Source: Octopus sinensis
Lineage: Eukaryota
NCBI RefSeq assembly: GCF_006345805.1
Contig: NW_021826853.1
Coordinates: 1 to 12,101, forward strand
DNA: 12,101 nucleotides
Direction of reading: 5' to 3'
Shown in pieces: positions 1 to 6,853 of the stretch. How positions within the stretch are numbered: position 1 is the first letter of the stretch; each line of letters opens with the position of its first letter. The notes under the pieces are model-generated. The model saw nothing but the letters and a program-made list of their open reading frames with translations. It searched no databases and had not been told where the DNA came from. The position numbers and the translations under genes were made by a program.

Positions 1-229
1 GGGTCCGGGGAGTGTCATCGGCAAAAAGTTTTTTAACTTTTGCCTAGGGCGAGCCCACAGCAATATCATATCTTCTCCACTATGATTCCCTAAAACTTGA
101 GAACTACACAACCATTTTCATTCAAATTTTACACATGCCTTACTTAGGGTCCATGTAGTTTCATGGGCAAAAAAAATGTTTAGCCTCTTGCCTAGGTCGA
201 GCCCATAGCAATATCATATCTTCTCCACT
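1..229. repeat. Diverged tandem repeat with a 148-bp period (about 1.5 units visible, cut by the window edge); resembles the central repeats of Helentron-associated non-autonomous elements
   Basis: TTGCCTAGG at 40-48 and 188-196; GCAATATCATATCTTCTCCACT at 60-81 and 208-229; GGGTCC at 1 and 147. The period is read directly. The family assignment is inference from the motif AACTACACAACCATTTTCATTCAAATTTTACACA. Confidence 0.75.
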
Positions 230-411
230 GTTTCAGTATTACCTGTTAAAAGTGAAACAAAAATATTTCTGTATTTTATGTCAGAGACTTTCACTTTAAC
301 AATAAAAATTAGAGATAATAATAACAATTGAATTATATGTAGTAAGTAATAATTAAAATCAAACTAAAGTATAATATAATAATTAAATTGTAACATAACA
401 AAAGTAAAAAT

Positions 412-583
412 AGGCGCAGGAGTGGCTGTGTGGTAAGTAGCTTGCTAACCAACCACATGGTTCCGGGTTCAGTCACACTGCGTGGCATCTTGGGCAAGTG
501 TCTTCTGCTATAGCCCCGGGCCGACCAATGCCTTGTGAGTGGATTTGGTAGACGGAAACTGAAAGAAGCCTGTCGTATATATG

Positions 584-614
<31 letters not shown>

Positions 615-815
615 TTGTGTGTCTGTGTTTGCTTGACAACCGATGCTAGTGTGTTTACGTCCCTGTCACTTAGCGGTTCGGCAAAAAGAGACCGATAGAA
701 TAAGTACTGGGCTTACAAAAAGAATAAGTCCCGGGGTCGATTTGCTCGACTAAAGGCGGTGCTCCAGCATGGCCGCAGTCAAATGACTGAAACAAGTAAA
801 AGAGAGTAAAAGAGT
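412..815 (+). mobile_element. tRNA-derived SINE, family A, copy 1 (octopus-type SINE with internal microsatellite)
   Basis: A-box-like TGGCTGTGTGG at 423-433 and B-box-like GGTTCAGTCAC at 466-476; internal (TA)n(TG)n at about 574-632; short repetitive tail AAGTAAAAGAGAGTAAAAGAGT. Two homologous copies lie at 10004-10420 and 11684-12027. Confidence 0.9.
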
Positions 816-1260
816 AATTGGTGTAAAATTGCATCAATGACTTGAACTTGAATAAGTGGTTTCACATGAATGGGAATAAATTAAAAATAAAATTAATGTG
901 CAGAAATGGAATAGTCCAGATGGAGCTGTGCACATACCTTTTACCACAGCTTTTACATTAGATTATCTGCTAATTAGCTAGCATTAAATATCTATATGAA
1001 GTTTTGCTGCATGTAATGTCTGTTTTCTCGAACAGCCGCTTCTACTGAGTACTGCTGTTGGTTTATTTCTTATACATAAAGGACTATAGCTTGAACTGCG
1101 TACTGCTTTTTGATTCACCGTAAGGTTTGTTGTTATTATTATTACTGTTTAACTATTGTTATCACGTGTGTTGGTTCCTCGTAAGGGAAACATTGTTGTA
1201 TTGCATTTGTTAAATAATTGTAAACCGTAACCCTCCACCTTTGGGAGAAGGAGCTTTGGT

Positions 1261-1318
1261 TATTGTTTAAAAATTGAATTGTGTCCCTGTTTGGGGACAC
1301 AATTCAATTTCGACAATA
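1261..1318. other. Long hairpin: perfect 17-bp inverted repeat with a 6-nt loop and a 6-bp outer extension
   Basis: AAATTGAATTGTGTCCC (1271-1287) / TGTTTG / GGGACACAATTCAATTT (1294-1310); outer TATTGT (1261-1266) pairs with ACAATA (1313-1318). Confidence 0.95.
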
Positions 1319-1426
1319 TTTTCACCGTTTATACGGAAGCATTTTTGTTAAAATGCCTTCGATTAAGAAAGTCCAAAAATGAATTTCGCTGCAGCCGTCG
1401 GCGGGCGCGAACTCATTAAAATTAAA

Positions 1427-1801
1427 ATGGAAGAAATACAAACCTATTTCGGATTGATCACCGACAAGGACGGTGAATCTAGGATAACACCACCAAACGA
1501 AATAAAAACTAAAAATTAAAGAAAAGACTATTGTCTATAAAGTATACAATGTAGAGAAAAAAGAAGATTTGAACACCTGGAGGAAAGCACCATCGAAAAG
1601 TGTCTTGGTGCGACTATGAAAGATATCAAGTATCTAACCAGAGGCGGTAAATTCGCCACAATAGAAGCAAGGTTCGAGTCAACGGAGCGTGCGAGGGAAT
1701 ACTCGACTCGAACCTTGCAAAGTGGAAATATTTTATTTTTACCTTTATATCTGGGACGTAGGGCGTCCCAGATAAAAATTTAAAATGTCCCCCCAGACAT
1801 T
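1427..1801 (+). pseudogene. Decayed N-terminal part of a Tx1/L1-clade ORF1p (gag-like nucleic-acid chaperone)
   Basis: ATG at 1427. With a +1 shift in the A-run at 1511-1515 and a compensating shift near 1557-1562 it reads MEEIQTYFGLITDKDGESRITPPNEIKTK/IKEKTIVYKVYNVEK/RRFEHLEESTIEKCLGATMKDIKYLTRGGKFATIEARFESTERAREYSTRTLQSGNILFLPLYLGRRASQIKI*NVPPDI (TAA at 1781). The end resembles the LPL...KI.I.NVPP.I motif I recall from Tx1 ORF1 proteins, and Tx1 ORF2 remnants lie downstream on the same strand. Confidence 0.65.
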
Positions 1802-1924
1802 GTTTTCCGGGAATGGTTTCTCTGAATCTATATTACTCCATATGTTTTCCTATTCTTTAAGTTTGACAATGTGAGAATATAAAGGCGCTTTGGCTGCTAT
1901 TTCTAGTAAGTTGAAGGAGACTGT

Positions 1925-2140
1925 AGAGAAAAGAGAAAAGAAGACGACGACAAAAGGAAAATAAAAGAAAGAATAGAATGTAACGAAAGAAAGAAAGGAA
2001 TGGAAAAGAAAGAAAGAAAGAAAGGAAAAGAAAGAAAGAAAGAAAGAAAGAATGGGTAAGAAAAGGATGAAATATTGGAAAGAAAATAAAAGATAAATTA
2101 ATACGATAAACATGAGAAAAAAAATCGAAAAAGACAAAAA
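1925..2140. repeat. Purine-rich low-complexity tract / decayed (AAAG)n microsatellite
   Basis: Runs of AAAG at about 1985-2051 within an A/G-rich tract; explains the F/S/L-rich minus-strand ORFs. Confidence 0.9.
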
Positions 2141-2339
2141 ATATATTTAGAAAATAAGGCCATGAGGAGTTAAAGGTTCCAGAATTGAACACGCTTCGCT
2201 AGACAGCTACCACAAAGTACACACACGTTATACCAAGCCAGACCACAATACAATGTCCGAGCAGAGAGGCTAGTGATGATTATATGTTTCAGGGGTAGTC
2301 AAGTGAGAAATGACATGTATTTTTATTACTTGTTATTTA

Positions 2340-2736
2340 TCTCTCTCTATATAAACGGTAGTTTGTCTGTGTGTGTGTCTGTGTGTGTGTCTGTGTGTCT
2401 GTCAGGTTGTACCCTCACACTGACCACGGTTTTCAACCGATTCTTATGAAACTTAACACACACATAGCGCAATGTCATAATTCAAAACTAACGCAGCTAA
2501 AATTTTGAAAACTTCCCCCAGTTCTGAAAAAAAATCGATAAATTCGACATGGGGTCGAGAATCAGAAACACAAACCACAGACTGTCTAGGGGACGCAACT
2601 CAACCTTTTTAACTCTCAAAAAAAATTTATCATAATTTTTTTCCCATTTTTTTTCTATTTTTTGGCTATAACTCTCTAAAAATGCTTTATAGTTATTTCC
2701 CTTACAAACCCGAGCAACGTCGGGCGATACTGCTAG
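2340..2736 (+). mobile_element. Non-autonomous Helitron-like element (397 bp), solo copy
   Basis: Starts TC (2340) after A and ends CTAG (2733-2736) before T, the canonical A|T Helitron insertion. Subterminal hairpin CCCGA-gcaacg-TCGGG at 2709-2724, 8 nt from CTAG. Internal (GT/CTGT) microsatellite near the 5' end. The 3' terminal ~60 bp are nearly identical to those of the 5418-6209 units. Confidence 0.85.
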
Positions 2737-2881
2737 TTATTTATAAGACGTCTCAAAAATGGAGTCTGTTTTGGCTTTTTGCGTGCGTGATAATAGCAAA
2801 CAAAGAAATCCATCTTATTAAGAAGGTGGATGTTACGGCTGGTGGAACCGACATTGTTATGACTATCAATTTTGTAAGTGT

Positions 2882-2924
2882 GTTGCTGTTGTTAGTATTA
2901 TTGTTGTTGTTGTTGTTGTAATCG

Positions 2925-3021
<97 letters not shown>

Positions 3022-3056
3022 GTCTATGTATGTATGTATGTATGTATGTATGTATG

Positions 3057-3091
<35 letters not shown>

Positions 3092-3208
3092 GTATGTATG
3101 TATCTATCTATCTATCTGTCTATGTATGTATGTATGTATGTATGTATGTATGTATGTATGTATCTATTTATCTATCTATCTATGTATGTATGTATGTATG
3201 TATGTATG
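2882..3208. repeat. Compound microsatellite (GTT)n-(CT)n-(CA)n-(TATC)n/(TATG)n
   Basis: Read directly; alternating TATC and TATG blocks at about 2969-3208. Confidence 0.97.
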
Positions 3209-3210
3209 TG

Positions 3211-3936
3211 AGGAAGAGCGATTGGCACCGCGAGTGTCGCGTTGCTCTCAAGCAACTCTGCCGTCCCGGGTCGACCTTGAGTGACTTCAACACAACAAAG
3301 CATTCTATAGGGATTAGTGGAGGGGAGGTACGACGACGAGCTCGGGGCGAACCTGGACGTCGACGAGGAGTACCTGACCCCGCCTGTTCAGGACGACTTT
3401 CGGGCCAGGGCCCATGGACAACTTCCAGAGATCCCGGCCTGGCAGTGCTACCGAGAAGCGCTACCCGTTCGGGATAAGCTCTACAGACACGGCTCGAGAA
3501 ACACGGGGCCGACCTGCCCGAGATGCGGTCAGAGCGACGAAACCGTTCTGCACGCACTCGTGCAGTGTCCAACAATTTCCGACCTGTGGCTTATGTCGAA
3601 CAACTGCTGTCACGTGTGGGACGAGTCGGTTTATCAGCTGAGTCTATCGTCAATATTGTCACGCCTCCTCCTCCTTCAAACGGGAAGGAAGAGCTATTTT
3701 CATCATCCTTGTGGCTATGGCGAAAGAATGTATCTTGGTGGACGCGTCTGAAAGGATTGGAGACAAACACTTTCCTCTCTGGTCAATCTCTCATCAACTT
3801 CTTCAAGTACCACTTGAAAAGAAAAGTGAGAGTAGAGAGGCAAGTTGTGTCTAGCGAATGTTTTAAAAAAAAATGGGTGAATGTAGCAAGGATGGCACGT
3901 ATGAATGACGAAGCCACCTTGAGCATAATCCTATGA
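3211..3936 (+). pseudogene. Frameshifted ORF2p C-terminus with a zf-RVT-type CCHC zinc knuckle
   Basis: Joining frames gives ...AWQCYREALPVRDKLYRHGSRNTGPTCPRCGQSDETVLHALVQCPTISDLW/YVEQLLSRVGRVGLSAESIVNIVTPP.../[66 protein letters not shown]. The C-x2-C-x8-H-x4-C motif at 3515-3568, preceded by LPVRDKL, is the pattern of the domain downstream of RT in L1/Tx1 ORF2. Several frameshifts are present. Confidence 0.88.
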
Positions 3937-4395
3937 CCCAGAAATTGAAAACAGGGGTTACCCACTTGCAAACAAATGTGTAACATATAACAATATTGAC
4001 CACGGTTACCGTGGTCTTTTTCGTAGGCTTTTCTTCCACGGATAAACCTTACTTGCTTTCCCCTTTACAACCATATATTCATAACACTGTGATACACGAT
4101 CCCTATTGATCGTTCTTTTTTTCCTCTTCCCTTTTTTTCCCCTTTTTTCTCTTTTTTTTTCATTCTCTTTCCTTTTGTTCCTTCCTTTTCTTTTTTTTTT
4201 TTTCTTTTTATTCTTTTTATTTATTCAATTTTTTTTTTGTTCTTTCTTCCCTTTTACGATCCCTCTTGATCGAAAACCTACTACGCCACCCCCCTTTTTT
4301 TTCTTTTTTTTTTTTGTTCTCTTCATCCCCCAAAGAAAAGCTCTACCTTGTAACCTTGTCCATCTGTGTGCAGCCCGTGTGGCCAATAAAGAAAC
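3211..4395 (+). mobile_element. 5'-truncated Tx1/L1-clade non-LTR retrotransposon, copy 1 (ORF2 C-terminus plus 3' UTR)
   Basis: Frameshifted ORF2 remnant to TGA at 3934-3936. The 3' UTR has hairpins (GACCACGG-tta-CCGTGGTC at 3998-4016; ACGATC-cctatt-GATCGT at 4096-4113, repeated at 4256-4272), pyrimidine tracts, and AATAAA at 4385-4390 followed by (TATC)n. Confidence 0.85.
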
Positions 4396-4396
<1 letters not shown>

Positions 4397-4444
<48 letters not shown>

Positions 4445-4466
4445 ATCTATCTACTATCTGTCTGTA

Positions 4467-4521
<55 letters not shown>

Positions 4522-4545
4522 ATCTGTCTGTCTCTGTTCTGTCTG

Positions 4546-4588
<43 letters not shown>

Positions 4589-4639
4589 CTACTACTCTGT
4601 CTATCTGTCTATCTATCTGTCTGTCTGTCTGTCTGTCTG
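4397..4639. repeat. (TATC)n grading into (TGTC)n microsatellite
   Basis: Read directly; separates the two Tx1 copies. Confidence 0.97.
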
Positions 4640-5119
4640 CCTTCAAACGGGAAGGAAGAGCTATTTTTGTCATACTTGTGGCTATGGCGAAAGAATGTAT
4701 CTGGTGGACGCGCCTGAAAGGATTAGAGACAAACACTTTCCTCTCTGGTCAATCTCTCATCAACTTCTTTAAGTATCACTTGAGGAGGAAAGTGAGAGTA
4801 GAGAGACAAGTTTTGTCTAGTGAATGTTTTAAAAAAGATGGGTGAATGTAGCAAGGATGGCACGTATGAATGACGAAGCCACCTTGACTATGATTCTATG
4901 AACCATAAAAATTAATACAGAGAGTTGCTTATTTGCAAAAAAAAAAAATAAAAGAAAGAAATATAACATGTGACTTCATTGACCGAGATTACCGTGGTCC
5001 TTTCCGTAGGCTTTTCTTTCCACGTGTAAACCTCACCTGTCCTCCCCTTTACACTTCATATTGACATTTCTGTGATAACGATCCCTATTGATCAATTTTT
5101 TCCTCCCCCCCTTTTTTCA
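4640..5119 (+). mobile_element. Tx1/L1-clade retrotransposon fragment, copy 2 (more 5'-truncated, 3' end lost)
   Basis: Homologous to copy 1 from 3673 onward. Encodes [86 protein letters not shown] (TGA at 4899-4901). The 3' UTR motif ACGATCCCTATTGATC is at 5078-5093; similarity stops before the copy-1 terminal segment. Confidence 0.88.
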
Positions 5120-5130
5120 CCCGGGCATGC

Positions 5131-5138
5131 TAATAATG

Positions 5139-5171
<33 letters not shown>

Positions 5172-5260
5172 GTCCTGATGCAGTATCAGTCAGTGGCTCT
5201 CGTGGTTTCTGATTGGAAGTGTTCCTCTTGATGATGTCTTGAGCTAACTGGATCCTATAA
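5131..5260 (-). mobile_element. Probable 3' end of another retroposon (LINE/SINE tail) with an (ATT)n tail
   Basis: The minus strand reads ...ACACTTCCAATCAGAAACCACGAGAGCCACTGACTGATACTGCATCAGGACATTT followed by (ATT)n (5131-5169). It resembles a tail I recall as common in octopus DNA; the family is not verifiable here. Confidence 0.45.
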
Positions 5261-5417
5261 AGGAGCTGGTGTGTTAGCAGACCACGAAACACGGTTGTAA
5301 TTCCCCTATTGGGAAGGATGCGGACAAGAAAATGTTACATTGTAAGAGGTATGTAGATCACACTGTATTAGAAAAGGCATGGAGATCACAACATCACATT
5401 GATCGACCGGTTCGAAA

Positions 5418-5813
5418 TCTTTATATATAAAAGTGAAGTTGTGAGAGTGTCTGTCTCCTACGATTTAGATTCCTGACTACTCCCACATTTTGTGGTGCAG
5501 TTTAACCAAAAGCGGGTATCTTATAGTCGTGATTCATATCGAGCCCTTCTGGGTATTAGCGCGCGTCTACGATGAGTCTACGATTTAAAAAAGAATTTAC
5601 CATCAATTTTTCCCATTTTTAATGCATTTTTGGCATATATAAGGGAAGTAACTCTCTAAAAATTTATTATTGAATCTCAGAACGTAAAAAGCTACAGTAA
5701 CACCCGCCTTTGTGGTTAGCCATATTGAGATGGCTATTATACTTTACATCTCTAAAAATGCTTATATAGTTATTTCCCTTACAAACCCGAGCAACGCTGG
5801 GCGATACTGCTAG
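5418..5813 (+). mobile_element. Non-autonomous Helitron-like element, tandem unit 1 (396 bp)
   Basis: 5' TC after A5417; hairpin CCC(G)AGC-aac-GCTGGG at 5786-5801; 3' CTAG at 5810-5813. Confidence 0.88.
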
Positions 5814-6209
5814 TCTTTATATATAAAAGTGAACTTGTGTGAGTGTCTGTCTCCTACGATTTAGATTCCTAACTACTCCCACATTTTGTGGTGCAGTTTA
5901 ACCAAAAGCGGGTATCTTATAGTCGTGATTCATATCGAGCCCTTCTGGGTATTAGCGCGCGTCTACGATGAGTCTACGATTTAAAAAAGAATTTACCATC
6001 AATTTTTCCCATTTTTAATGCATTTTTGGCATATATAAAAGAAGTAACTCTCTAAAAATTTATTATTGAATCTCAGAACGTAAAGCTACAGTACAGTAAC
6101 ACCCGCCTTTGGGTTAGCCATATTAGATGGCTATTATACTTTACATCTCTAAAATGCTTATATAGTTATTTCCCTTACAAACCCGAGCAACGCTGGGCGA
6201 TACTGCTAG
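5814..6209 (+). mobile_element. Non-autonomous Helitron-like element, tandem unit 2 (396 bp)
   Basis: Begins TC directly after the CTAG of unit 1 and ends CTAG at 6206-6209; differs from unit 1 by a few substitutions and small indels. Confidence 0.88.
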
Positions 6210-6507
6210 TCTTTATATATAAAAGTGAACTGTGTGAGTGTCTGTCTCCTACGATTTAGATTCCTAACTACTCCCACATTTTGTGGTGCAGTTTAACACC
6301 AAAAGGCGGGTATCTTATAGTCGTGATTCATATCGAGCCCTTCTGGGTATTAGCGCGCGTCTACGATGAGTCTACGATTTAAAAAAGAATTTACCATCAA
6401 TTTTTCCCATTTTTAATGCATTTTTGGCATATATAAAAGAAGTAACTCTCTAAAAATTTATTATTAAATCTCAGAACGTAAAAAGCTACAGTAACACCCG
6501 CCTTTGT
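6210..6507 (+). mobile_element. Non-autonomous Helitron-like element, tandem unit 3 (3'-truncated, 298 bp)
   Basis: Begins TC directly after CTAG; similarity ends at CCCGCCTTTGT (6507), lacking the hairpin and CTAG. Confidence 0.85.
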
Positions 6508-6509
6508 AA

Positions 6510-6646
6510 ACTTTGCCTCTCATTCTTTCCGGGGTCGATAAATTAAGTACCAGTTACGCACTGGTGTCAACGTAATCGACTTAACCCGTTTGTCTGTCCA
6601 TATTTGTCCCCTCTGTGTGTAGCACCTTGTGGGCAATAAAGAAATA
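6510..6646 (+). mobile_element. SINE family B, unit 1 (5'-truncated: core plus tail)
   Basis: Core GCCT(T/C)TCATTCTTTCCGGGGTCGATAAATTAAGTACCAG shared with units 2 and 3; tail ends GTGGGCAATAAAGAAATA. Confidence 0.8.
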
Positions 6647-6853
6647 AGAAACGTTAGCACGCCGGGCGAAATATTTAGCGGTCTATACGTTCTGAGTTCA
6701 AATTCCGCCGAGGTCGACTTTGCCTTTCATTCTTTCCGGGGTCGATTAAATAAGTACCAGTTACGCATTGGGGTCGATATAATCGACTTAATCCGTTTGT
6801 CTGTCCTTGTTTGTCCTCTCTGTGTTTAGCCCCTTGTGGGTAGTAAAGAAATA
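6647..6853 (+). mobile_element. tRNA-derived SINE family B, unit 2 (head partly truncated)
   Basis: B-box-like GTTCAAATTCC at 6696-6706. The core GGTCGACTTTGCCTTTCATTCTTTCCGGGGTCGAT..AAGTACCAG resembles the conserved central domain of MetaSINE-type SINEs (from recall). The tail ends GTGGGTAGTAAAGAAATA. Confidence 0.8.

Noticed and set aside
244-301. Imperfect inverted repeat TGTTAAAAGTGAAA / TTTCACTTTAACA
   Set aside because: May be a subterminal repeat of the element cut by the window edge, but the boundaries cannot be established here.
412-490. Functional tRNA gene
   Set aside because: A/B-box-like motifs continue into a SINE body present three times; I could not build a cloverleaf.
1886-1928. 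Fragment GGCGCTTTGGCTGCTATTTCTAG resembling a common octopus repeat
   Set aside because: Recognition is from memory only, single copy here, no termini visible.
1850-2192. Hydrophobic F/S/L-rich minus-strand ORFs resembling membrane proteins
   Set aside because: Reverse complement of the (AAAG)n purine tract.
2924-3284. YLSI/MYVC-repeat ORFs
   Set aside because: Translations of (TATC)n/(TATG)n.
3180-3575. 131-aa minus-strand ORF
   Set aside because: Antisense shadow of the GC-rich Tx1 ORF2 remnant.
4106-4772. 203-aa and 168-aa ORFs
   Set aside because: Run through pyrimidine tracts and TATC repeats into an off-frame part of Tx1 copy 2.
6061-6310. Single-base indels between Helitron units (and homopolymer frameshifts in Tx1) as evidence of age
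   Set aside because: Many fall in homopolymers and may be long-read consensus errors; not interpretable without raw reads.
5418-6507. CRISPR array or prokaryotic repeat-spacer system
   Set aside because: The units are 396-bp full repeats without unique spacers, no cas-like ORFs are present, and the context is eukaryotic.
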